Source: an uncultured Microthrixaceae bacterium
GTDB lineage: Bacteria > Actinomycetota > Acidimicrobiia > Acidimicrobiales > VFJN01
NCBI GenBank assembly: GCA_963727905.1
Contig: CAVSIC010000029.1
Location: 2,953 to 66,952 of the forward strand
DNA: 64,000 nt
Reading direction: 5' to 3'
Both the position numbers and the translations under genes were made by a program. Below the pieces are notes generated by a model. The model made no database searches. It was not told the DNA's origin and saw only the letters and a program-made list of their open reading frames with translations. Shown in pieces: positions 28,394-36,451 of this stretch; positions within the stretch are counted from its first letter, which is position 1, and each line of letters begins with the position of its first letter.

Positions 28394-28431
28394 TTCACAT
28401 AGCGTTCACAGTCATGGAACGGTCGAGAAAC
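28394..28431. promoter_or_regulatory. four 5-nt sites spaced by exactly 6 nt (TTCAC-n6-TTCAC-n6-GGAAC-n6-GAAAC): GlnR-box-like operator in the glnA2/glnII divergent spacer
   Basis: The sites are TTCAC 28394-28398, TTCAC 28405-28409, GGAAC 28416-28420 and GAAAC 28427-28431. The block lies 56-93 nt from the glnA2 start (28338) and 93-130 nt from the glnII start (28524). The architecture matches the published a-site/b-site GlnR box (xTxAC-n6-GxAAC, 11-nt phasing) as I recall it. Confidence 0.55.
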
Positions 28432-28523
28432 TGCCCCCTGGCAGCCTGTGTCAGGCTCCCGGGGATCCGGGACGACCGTCCCATCCCCTGGCACCCCCCG
28501 ATCGTGGAGGAAAGGAAACCGCA

Positions 28524-29525
28524 ATGGCGTACAAGGCGGAGTACATCTGGGTCGACGGCACCGAGCCGACGGCGAAGCTGCGCTCGAAGACCAAGATCCT
28601 GGACGACAACGTCAAGGAGCTCCCGATCTGGGGCTTCGACGGCTCGTCGACCAACCAGGCCCCGGGCGACAAGTCGGACTGCGTGCTCCAGCCCGTGTTC
28701 TCCTGCCCGGACCCGATCCGCGGGGGCGACAACATCCTCGTGATGGCCGAGGTGCTGTACATCACGATGCAGCCCCACGAGACCAACACCCGGCGCAAGT
28801 GCGCCGAGATCGCCGCCAAGTACGCCGACCAGGAGTCGATCTTCGGCATCGAGCAGGAGTACACGTTCTTCAAGGACGGCCGGCCCTACGGCTTCCCCTT
28901 CGGCGGCTTCCCGGCCCCGCAGGGCGGGTACTACTGCGGCGTCGGCGCCGACGAGGTCTACGGCCGCGACGTCGTCGAGGCGCACACCGACGCCTGCCTC
29001 CAGGCCGGCCTCCACCTCTCCGGCATCAACGCCGAGGTCATGCCCGGCCAGTGGGAGTTCCAGATCGGCCCCGTCGCCGCCCCGCAGGTGGCCGACGAGC
29101 TGTGGATCGCCCGCTGGCTCCTCTACCGCATCGCCGAGGACTTCGGCGTGAGCGCCACCCTCGACCCGAAGCCCGTGAAGGGCGACTGGAACGGCGCCGG
29201 TGCGCACACCAACTTCTCCACCAAGGCCATGCGGGAGAACTACGACTCGATCATCAAGGCCTGCGAGTCGCTGGCCCCGAAGCGCGCCGAGCACGTCGCC
29301 CTCTACGGCCACGGCATCGAGGACCGCCTCACCGGCAGCCACGAGACCGCCCCGTACACGGAGTACAGCTACGGCGTGTCCAACCGTGGTGCGTCGGTGC
29401 GCATCCCGTGGCAGGTCGAGGTCGACCAGAAGGGCTACATCGAGGACCGTCGTCCGAACGCCAACTGCGACCCGTACGACGTCTGCTACATCATGATCGA
29501 CACGATCTGCTCCGCCCTGGCCTGA
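28524..29525 (+). CDS. glnII: glutamine synthetase type II (eukaryote-like GSII)
   Basis: This 333-aa ORF reads MAYKAEYIWVDGTEPTAKLRSKTKIL...LPIWGFDGSSTNQAPGDKSDCVLQPV...IFGIEQEYTFF...GGYYCGVGADEVYGRDVVEAH...GINAEVMPGQWEFQIGP...DWNGAGAHTNFST...GVSNRGASVRIP...GYIEDRRPNANCDPY. GGAGGA precedes the ATG. Confidence 0.95.
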   Translation: MAYKAEYIWVDGTEPTAKLRSKTKILDDNVKELPIWGFDGSSTNQAPGDKSDCVLQPVFSCPDPIRGGDNILVMAEVLYITMQPHETNTRRKCAEIAAKYADQESIFGIEQEYTFFKDGRPYGFPFGGFPAPQGGYYCGVGADEVYGRDVVEAHTDACLQAGLHLSGINAEVMPGQWEFQIGPVAAPQVADELWIARWLLYRIAEDFGVSATLDPKPVKGDWNGAGAHTNFSTKAMRENYDSIIKACESLAPKRAEHVALYGHGIEDRLTGSHETAPYTEYSYGVSNRGASVRIPWQVEVDQKGYIEDRRPNANCDPYDVCYIMIDTICSALA

Positions 29526-29554
29526 GCCTCCGGCGTAGCGATCCGGTTCGAGTC

Positions 29555-29580
29555 GAAGGCGGCCCTCCGGGGCCGCCTTC
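29555..29580 (+). terminator. 11-bp stem / 4-nt loop hairpin after glnII
   Basis: GAAGGCGGCCC-tccg-GGGCCGCCTTC lies 30 nt after the glnII stop. Confidence 0.6.
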
Positions 29581-29611
29581 GTCGCGTCGGGGCGCCCCGG
29601 CAAGAAGCGAG

Positions 29612-29631
29612 GTATATCGACTTCGATATAC
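29612..29631. promoter_or_regulatory. AT-rich perfect 9-bp inverted repeat directly upstream of the XRE gene (candidate autoregulatory operator)
   Basis: GTATATCGA-ct-TCGATATAC ends 8 nt before the ATG at 29639. It is the most AT-rich 20-mer I noticed in this part of the window. Confidence 0.5.
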
Positions 29632-29638
29632 TCATCCC

Positions 29639-29998
29639 ATGTACGGAGCCCTGATCGCCGAAGCCCGGCACGCGCGCGGCATGACCCAGGCGGAGCTGGC
29701 CGAGCTGTCGGGGATCGAGCAGGCGAACATCTCGGCGATCGAGCGCAACCGTCGGACACCCAGTGCCGGCACACTCCACCGCCTGCTCCACGCGTGTGGG
29801 TTCGAGCTCACCGCCGCCGCCGGGGCGCGAGTGTTGGCCCTCCCGCCCCCGACCGACGATGCCTTCTTCGCATCGCTGCTCGAGCGCTCGCCCGTCGATG
29901 AGGCTCCGACGATCACGCCGTCGACGCCTCCGGCGGTCCGCGCCCGAGCGGTGGTCGCGGTGCTCGACCTCGCTGAGACCGTGGTGCGGAGCCGGTGA
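29639..29998 (+). CDS. XRE-family helix-turn-helix protein (putative antitoxin/regulator of the following gene)
   Basis: MYGALIAEARHARGMTQAELAELSGIEQANISAIERNRRTPSAGTLHRLLHACGFEL is a Cro/C1-type HTH, followed by a 60-residue tail. The stop overlaps the next gene's GTG (GTGA). Confidence 0.85.
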   Translation: MYGALIAEARHARGMTQAELAELSGIEQANISAIERNRRTPSAGTLHRLLHACGFELTAAAGARVLALPPPTDDAFFASLLERSPVDEAPTITPSTPPAVRARAVVAVLDLAETVVRSR

Positions 29999-30561
29999 CC
30001 GACTTCGTCGGTCTCATCGAGCTGGTGCACGACCAGCTGGACTCCGCCAGGCTCAGCCATGCCTTCGGCGGGGCCCTCGCCTTGGGCTACGTCGCCGAGC
30101 CGAGAGGCACCGCCGACATCGACGTCAACGTCTTCGTCCCCGAGGACCAGCTCGACCGCGTCACCACGTGCCTCGCACCGATCGGGTATCGAGTCCCGGA
30201 GGACGGTCGCACCGGCCCGCCCATCGCGGGGATCCGGTTCGAGCACGACGACGAGCCCTTCCCCCTCGATGTGTTCCCGTCGCTGCACGGGCGCTACGCA
30301 GAGGTCGAGCGACGTCGGGTGCGCCACCCGTTCGGGCGGGACGGACGGCGGCTGCCGTTCCTCTCCGCAGAAGACCTGTGCGTGTTCAAGCTGTCCTTTG
30401 GTCGGCCCAAGGACTGGATCGACCTCCAATCGATCGCCGACGCCGGCGTCGACCTCGATCTCGACTACATCGAGGAACAGCTGGTCGCGCTGCGCGGTCC
30501 GACCTTCTACCCCGAGGTCGCCAGACTGCGGGCATTGCTCCGAGCGCGTCGGCGGGCCTAG
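29995..30561 (+). CDS. Pol-beta-superfamily nucleotidyltransferase-like protein (putative toxin/effector partner of the XRE gene)
   Basis: This is a 188-aa ORF. HAFGGALALGYVAEPRGTADIDVNVFV matches the G[GS]-x(9-13)-D-x-D NTase signature. The family assignment beyond that is not resolved by eye. Confidence 0.6.
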   Translation: MTDFVGLIELVHDQLDSARLSHAFGGALALGYVAEPRGTADIDVNVFVPEDQLDRVTTCLAPIGYRVPEDGRTGPPIAGIRFEHDDEPFPLDVFPSLHGRYAEVERRRVRHPFGRDGRRLPFLSAEDLCVFKLSFGRPKDWIDLQSIADAGVDLDLDYIEEQLVALRGPTFYPEVARLRALLRARRRA

Positions 30562-30604
30562 CGGCCCGGGAGAAGCCGCCGCGTTGTTCGCCTAGGTTTC
30601 GCGC

Positions 30605-32029
30605 ATGGAAGAGCGCACGCCGCACGAGGTGCTGGAGCTGGTGGCCGCAGAGGGCGTCGAGTTCGTCGACCTGCGCTTCTGCGACCTGCCCGGAGTCATG
30701 CAGCACGTGTCGATCCCGGCCAACGTGCTCGACGAGGGGCAGTTCGAGGACGGCCATGCCTTCGACGGCTCGTCGGTGCGCGGGTTCCAGCAGATCCAGG
30801 AGTCCGACATGGTCCTGGTCGCCGACCCGAACACGGCCTACCTCGACCCGTTCCGCACCCGGAAGACGCTCAACCTGCACTGCTACGTGGCCGATCCGGT
30901 CACCGGCGAGCGCTACTCCCGCGACCCGCGCTACGTCGCCCAGAAGGCGCAGGAGCACCTCTTCTCCACGGGCGTGGCCGACACGGCGTACTTCGGCCCG
31001 GAGCCCGAGTTCTTCATCTTCGACGACGTCCGCTACGGCACCAGCCCCAACGGCAGCTTCTACAAGGTCGACTCGGTCGAGGGGCAGTGGAACACCGGCA
31101 CCGACGAGGGGCCGAACCTCGGGTTCAAGCCGCGGACGAAGGAGGGGTACTTCCCCGTCCCGCCCACGGACCACTACCAGGACCTGCGCTCCGACATGGC
31201 CGCCACGCTGCACCAGGTCGGCATCGCCACCGAGCTGCACCACCACGAGGTGGCCTCCGGCGGTCAGGGCGAGATCGGCATCCGCTTCGACACGCTGCTG
31301 GCGATGGCCGACAACCTGATGACGTTCAAGTACGTCCTCAAGAACGTGGCCTGGGCGGCGGGCAAGAGCCTCACGTTCATGCCGAAGCCGATCTTCGAGG
31401 ACAACGGCTCGGGCATGCACACGCACCAGTCGCTCTGGAAGGGCGGCGAGCCGCTCTTCTACGACGAGGCCGGCTACGCGGGCCTGTCCGACCTGGCCCG
31501 CTGGTACATCGGCGGCCTCCTGCACCACGCGCACGCGGTGATCGCGTTCACCAACCCGACGACCAACAGCTTCAAGCGGCTCGTGCCCGGCTACGAGGCG
31601 CCGGTGAACCTCGTGTACTCGCAGCGCAACCGCTCCGCCGCCTGCCGCATCCCGCTCGGCCAGCGCTCACCGCGGGCCAAGCGGGTCGAGTTCCGCTGCC
31701 CCGACTCCACGTCGAACCCGTACCTGGCCTTCTCGGCGATGCTCCTCGCCGGACTCGACGGCATCACCAATCGCATCGAGCCCCCGACGCCGATGGACAA
31801 GGACCTCTACGACCTCCCGCCCGACGAGCTGGCCGAGGTCCCTCAGGTCCCCGGCTCGCTCGAGCAGGCCCTCGACGCCCTCGAGGCCGACAACGACTTC
31901 CTCCGCGTCGGCGGCGTCTTCACCGACGACCTCCTCGAGACGTGGGTCCGCTACAAGCGCACCCACGAGGTCGACGCCCTCCGCCTCCGCCCCCACCCGT
32001 ACGAGTTCACCCTCTACTACGACATCTGA
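30605..32029 (+). CDS. glnA: glutamine synthetase type I (GSI-beta, adenylylatable)
   Basis: This 474-aa ORF reads [21 protein letters not shown]...[22 protein letters not shown]...[11 protein letters not shown]...[19 protein letters not shown]...[20 protein letters not shown]...[30 protein letters not shown]...[28 protein letters not shown]...[11 protein letters not shown]. The last piece carries the adenylylation Tyr context. Confidence 0.97.
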   Translation: MEERTPHEVLELVAAEGVEFVDLRFCDLPGVMQHVSIPANVLDEGQFEDGHAFDGSSVRGFQQIQESDMVLVADPNTAYLDPFRTRKTLNLHCYVADPVTGERYSRDPRYVAQKAQEHLFSTGVADTAYFGPEPEFFIFDDVRYGTSPNGSFYKVDSVEGQWNTGTDEGPNLGFKPRTKEGYFPVPPTDHYQDLRSDMAATLHQVGIATELHHHEVASGGQGEIGIRFDTLLAMADNLMTFKYVLKNVAWAAGKSLTFMPKPIFEDNGSGMHTHQSLWKGGEPLFYDEAGYAGLSDLARWYIGGLLHHAHAVIAFTNPTTNSFKRLVPGYEAPVNLVYSQRNRSAACRIPLGQRSPRAKRVEFRCPDSTSNPYLAFSAMLLAGLDGITNRIEPPTPMDKDLYDLPPDELAEVPQVPGSLEQALDALEADNDFLRVGGVFTDDLLETWVRYKRTHEVDALRLRPHPYEFTLYYDI

Positions 32030-32065
32030 CGAGCGAGGACACCAACCGACGGCAGACGACACACG

Positions 32066-33154
32066 TCAGACGCCGAAATCGCTCAGGGCGGCGGGCGTGT
32101 CCAGGTCGAGGAACGCCTGGCCGAAGCGGGCGGCGAGGTTCTGGCAGATCTCGGGATCTTGGTAGCCGTCTTCGGCGCCCGTGGTGACCCAGATGGCCAG
32201 CCCGTATGGAGTGGACATCCGGAAGCGGTGCCAGGCTTCCTCGCGGCTCGGGCGCTCGGACTCGGGGACGTCGAGCGCAGTCCGGTAGACCTCCACGAGC
32301 TCGGGCGCGTGGGCCTGGCGGGTCGCGATGTCGAGGGCACTGATGATGAAGTAGCCCACGTCGAAGGACCAGTGGCCCCGCCTGACGACACCCCAGTCAT
32401 AGAAGCCCAGCTCTCCATCGGGAAGCGTGTACGTGTTGCCGACATGGGCGTCACCGTGGAGCAGGGTCTGGGGTCCCCGCTGCACCGTGGCGATGTGACG
32501 TCGCCAGTACCGGATCATCCCGCCCGCGCCGAGGTCTGCGATCTGCTCGGGGAGGTGGGCTCGGAGTCGTGGGATCCCTCGTGCGCAGCCGAGGCGGACG
32601 AGGAACCGGAAGGTGGGCTGCGCTCGGCACGGGCTCACCCATCCCAGCCCGTGCCGGTCCGGGTCGTCGAAGCCCCAATAGCGGCTGTGGAGACGAGCGA
32701 GTCCGCGCAGGCCGTCGGCGACCTCCTCGAGCGATAGCGGGCGGGTGGCGTCGTTGAGCACCGCACCGCGGAGGGTCACGTCGTCCATGACGACCATGTC
32801 GTTGAGCCGCCAGCGGTCGACCGCCCCGGCGTGGAAGGTGGGGTGCTCGATGGGGAGCGCGGCGCCGGACAGCGCGAGCCGACCTTCGATGAAGGCGTTG
32901 TCGGTCATCCACTGGAAGAGGCGCCGCAACGGGCCACCCTTGGTCTTGGCGAACACCCTCGTCGGCCCGTTGCCGGCCCCGTAGGTGATCTCGAGGATCG
33001 CTCGGCTCGACGTTCCCTCCGAGCCGCCCACGCGAGCGACCTTGGTGATCACTGCGTCGGGGTGGGCGATGGCGAGGGCGCGCGTCATCCAGTCGGGCGA
33101 CACCTCCCAGTGCCGGGGGATCCTGAGTGCCTCGGTGCTCTGACGGAACCGCAT
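32066..33154 (-). CDS. aminoglycoside-phosphotransferase-fold (APH/choline-kinase-like) kinase
   Basis: This is a 362-aa ORF. LLHGDAHVGNTY is the HxDxxxxN catalytic loop and GFYDWGVVRRG is the Mg-binding D-[FW]-G. Confidence 0.75.
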   Translation of the reverse strand: MRFRQSTEALRIPRHWEVSPDWMTRALAIAHPDAVITKVARVGGSEGTSSRAILEITYGAGNGPTRVFAKTKGGPLRRLFQWMTDNAFIEGRLALSGAALPIEHPTFHAGAVDRWRLNDMVVMDDVTLRGAVLNDATRPLSLEEVADGLRGLARLHSRYWGFDDPDRHGLGWVSPCRAQPTFRFLVRLGCARGIPRLRAHLPEQIADLGAGGMIRYWRRHIATVQRGPQTLLHGDAHVGNTYTLPDGELGFYDWGVVRRGHWSFDVGYFIISALDIATRQAHAPELVEVYRTALDVPESERPSREEAWHRFRMSTPYGLAIWVTTGAEDGYQDPEICQNLAARFGQAFLDLDTPAALSDFGV

Positions 33155-33179
33155 CGTGGTCAGCCTTCCGGAGGCGAGG

Positions 33180-34596
33180 TCAGCAGAGGAAGCCTGTGGC
33201 GGGTGCCATCCGCTTCCAGCGGCCGCCTTCGACTCGCATGCCGATCAGGCACCCGTTGCTGCGTTCGTTCGCGAGGTCGAAGCGGCCGGCGAACCCACCC
33301 GCGTCGTACTGGGTGAGCTTCTTGAGCTCGGCGACGACGCCGGCTCTGGTGATGGGGCCGGGAAGGCTTTCGACAGAGTCGAGGAACGCCGCGGAGGCGG
33401 TCCAGGCATCGGCGGCGAACACGTCGGGTCGAGCGTCGGGTGCGACGCGGTTCATCCATTCGAGGAGCGCCGCAAGCTGAGGGTGAGAGCTCGGGCCGTC
33501 CTCAGCCGGTAGGGCCCGGATCCAACTGGTCGTCCCCTCCGCGGCGGTTCCGGCGATGTCCAGGTAGTTGGATCCGTAGCCGGTGAGGTACTCCTGGAAC
33601 TTGAGCTTGTAGCCGGTGCCGTCCATCGAGCGTGCCATCGCCGCGTCATGTGAATCAGCGGCCAGGAAGAAGAGGAAGTCGGCGCCGCTGTTGGCGACGG
33701 CACGCGCGGCGGAGTCGAAGCTGAGGGTTGTCACCGGGAGGACCTGTCGGCTGACGATCTTGATCCCGCTCGCCTCCATCACCCGCTGCTGCTCGTCGAG
33801 CTCGGAGATCGCCGCGGCAGCGGAGAGGGTGACCACGGCAGCCGTGCGAACGCCGTTGTCCTTGAGGTACTGGTACTTGGCGATCGGCACGGCTGGGGTG
33901 GGGGGCGACGGGTTGACGTCGAACACGGTGGGGAGCTGCTGGAACTGCACGGTCTGCGCGGCGCCTGTGGCTGGGATCCCTTGGCCTTTGAAGAGGTCAG
34001 GGGCAGCGCCGTCACCGCCGGCGGTCATGCCGACGAAGCCGAGGACCTGACCCGCCATCCCCTCGGCCAGCTGGCGGAACCTGGCGCCTTCGTTCCCGTC
34101 GTCTGCGGTGCGCAGGACGACCCTGCGTCCGCACACGCCGCCGGTTGCGTTGCGGTAGGCCACGTAGGCCGCAACCGCCTCTTCCGCGGAGCCGGCGAGG
34201 CCGGGGATCGGGTCCGGACTTCGTGATGATCTGACCGAGGGTGAGCGTCTCCGCCGTCACGCCTGGTGCGTCCGAGGGCGCCGCGCAGGGCTTCGTGGAT
34301 GGCGCTACAGCCGCGGACGTCGCGGCCTCGCCAGGGCCCGCCGACGGTTCGGTTGACCCACCAGAGGGTCCTGACGAGCCGGCCTGCGCTGCTGCGCCGG
34401 GATCGACAACGACGGACGGACCGCTGGTGGCCTGTGCGGGAGCCGCCGTGCCTGCGCCATGTCGGGCGAGAACGGAAGCACGCTCCTCGTCCGACCATCG
34501 AGCGCCGCAGCCGCTCACCAGCAGCGCCGCAGCGAGGAACACGGCGGTGGTCCCTCGGCCACACCACCGACCCCCGCGTCGACCGCCGTTCGCCAT
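33180..34596 (-). pseudogene. LivK-type (branched-chain amino acid/amide family) periplasmic solute-binding lipoprotein, one frame change at ~34215
   Basis: The lipobox is TAVFLAAALLVSGCG. After a low-complexity linker comes VTAETLTLGQIITKSGP. After removal of one C from a CCC run it continues IPGLAGSAEEAVAAYVAYRNATGGVCGRRVVLRTADDGNEGARFRQLAEGMAGQVLGFVGMTAGGD...YQYLKDNGVRTAAVVTLS...GADFLFFLAADSHDAAMARSMDGTGYK. Confidence 0.75.
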
Positions 34597-34618
34597 GCGG
34601 ACCCTCCCCTCGCCTCAA

Positions 34619-34631
34619 GTATCGACGATAC
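34619..34631. promoter_or_regulatory. 13-bp palindrome GTATCGaCGATAC in the SBP/TetR divergent spacer (candidate TetR operator)
   Basis: It sits 45 nt upstream of the TetR ATG (34676) and 23 nt upstream of the SBP start. Confidence 0.35.
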
Positions 34632-34675
34632 CCATGTTGGAGTATCCGCGCTACTGCCCTGGCTATGATTCCGCC

Positions 34676-35305
34676 ATGGCAGAGCTTGAGGGGCGCGCGG
34701 ACGCCATCCTCGACGTCGTCATCACCCTGCTCGAGACCGACGGGTACGACGCGGTCCAGGTGCGACGGGTGGCGGCGGAAGCCTCGATCTCCCTTGCGAC
34801 GCTCTACAAGCACTTCGGCAACCGTGAGGAACTCATCGTCCGAGCGATCGAGCGCTGGATGGAGGAGAACGTCTACGTCCACCTCGGCGAGGTGGATCTG
34901 CACGGCACTACCTACGAGACGTTCTCAGGCATCGTCCACAGCGTTTTCGAGCCATGGGAACGCACGCCCAACATGCTCGTCGCGTTCGTGCGGGCTCGAA
35001 TGGGTCCAGGTGGCGCAGCGCTCACGACGCAGGGCATGGGCTTGGTCCAGCCGATCACCGACAAGGTCATCGAGTCGATCGACCCGGAGCTGCTCGACGA
35101 CCTCATCCTGATCGTGGATCACGTCCTCCTCGCCTCGCTGGCACGGTTCGCCGCTGGAGAGATCGGCGTCGACGCCATCGTCCCGATCATGGATCGCACG
35201 CTGGCGCGGATCCTCGGCGTCGAAACCTCTCGATCGGGTCGGCGTCGCATGCGGCTTCCTGACGCAGTGCTCGCCCCCCGGAAGACGGACGGGGGACGGC
35301 GATGA
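34676..35305 (+). CDS. TetR/AcrR-family transcriptional regulator
   Basis: The sequence reads MAELEGRADAILDVVITLLETDGYDAVQVRRVAAEASISLATLYKHFGNREELIVRAIERW. The stop overlaps the SDR start (ATGA). Confidence 0.85.
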   Translation: MAELEGRADAILDVVITLLETDGYDAVQVRRVAAEASISLATLYKHFGNREELIVRAIERWMEENVYVHLGEVDLHGTTYETFSGIVHSVFEPWERTPNMLVAFVRARMGPGGAALTTQGMGLVQPITDKVIESIDPELLDDLILIVDHVLLASLARFAAGEIGVDAIVPIMDRTLARILGVETSRSGRRRMRLPDAVLAPRKTDGGRR

Positions 35306-36090
35306 GCCTGGCCGTGGTGACCGGAGCGGCCAACGGAATGGGTCGGGCCTGCGTGGATCGGCTCCTCGCCGATGGTTGGGCGGTGGTCGCTGTCGACCTG
35401 CAGGAGCCGACAATCGACCGGACCATCGGCGCTGCCTGCGACGTCGCCGACCCGGAAGCGGTCGCGCAGCTCGTCGCGCAGGTGCAGGCGTTGGGGCCCC
35501 TCGGCGCCCTGGTGCACGCCGCGGGGATCTCCCCGACCATGGCCCCGCCTCGCCGCGTCTTCGAGGTCGACCTTCTCGGCACGCAGCTCGTCCTCGATGG
35601 CTTCACGCCACTGGTGGTCACCGGCACCACCGCCGTCTGCTTCGCGTCGAGCGCGGCCCACCAGATCGCCTTGATGGGTCCTCAGCCGGACCTGGAGGCC
35701 TTTGTCGAAGCGCCGATGGTCGACGGCTTCCTCGACGAGGTCGAGGCCAGGTTCACCGACAGCGGACTGGCCTACGGCTGGGCAAAGCGAGGGGCCGTCC
35801 GGGCCGCCGCTCGAGCGGCGATCACCTGGGGAGCGCACGGCGGACGAGTCGTGTCGTTGTCACCGGGGATGATCGACACGGGCATGGGGCGCCAGGAGCT
35901 CCAGGCCCAACCCATGATGCAGGTCATGCTCGACGCCACCCCGCTGCAGCGGCTCGGCCAACCCGAAGAGCTCGCCGCGGTTGTCGCCTTCTTGATCTCC
36001 GACGCCGCGTCGTTCCTCACCGGCACAGACCTCCTCGTCGACGGCGGTTGCCTCGAGGGCCTCCGAGGACTTGCCGCCGGCCTGGCGTGA
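35302..36090 (+). CDS. short-chain dehydrogenase/reductase (SDR)
   Basis: MSLAVVTGAANGMGRACVDRLLADGWAVVAVDL is the TGxxxGxG motif. Further motifs are LVHAAGIS, YGWAKRG (YxxxK) and LGQPEELAAVVAFLISDAASFLTGTDLLVDGG. Confidence 0.88.
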   Translation: MSLAVVTGAANGMGRACVDRLLADGWAVVAVDLQEPTIDRTIGAACDVADPEAVAQLVAQVQALGPLGALVHAAGISPTMAPPRRVFEVDLLGTQLVLDGFTPLVVTGTTAVCFASSAAHQIALMGPQPDLEAFVEAPMVDGFLDEVEARFTDSGLAYGWAKRGAVRAAARAAITWGAHGGRVVSLSPGMIDTGMGRQELQAQPMMQVMLDATPLQRLGQPEELAAVVAFLISDAASFLTGTDLLVDGGCLEGLRGLAAGLA

Positions 36091-36451
36091 TTCGAGCAGG
36101 CAGGAAGCCTCAATCAGCGACGTGACCAGGAGACGCTGGATCACCGCGCCGTTGCTGGTCGCGCGAGTTCTGGGCTGCGGCACCGACGTTGCCGAAGCGC
36201 TCCGCTCGGCGGGTCCAAGGTGCGGGTGCGCTTCACCAACGCGCAGTCACCTGTCCCCGTGGTGATCGACCGTGCGCAAAGTGGGCCGGGGCACGCTCGG
36301 TGGCATGGCCCTGGATCCTGACTCTGCTCGAACGCTCCCGAGTCCGCCCGCTCGGGCGCCGCGCGCCCACCACCGTCGACGAGCGGAACGCCGCAGGGAA
36401 CGGGTCGGCGTTGGCGGTTGGCCACATCCGGGGGTGGGGAAGGAGGTCCCG

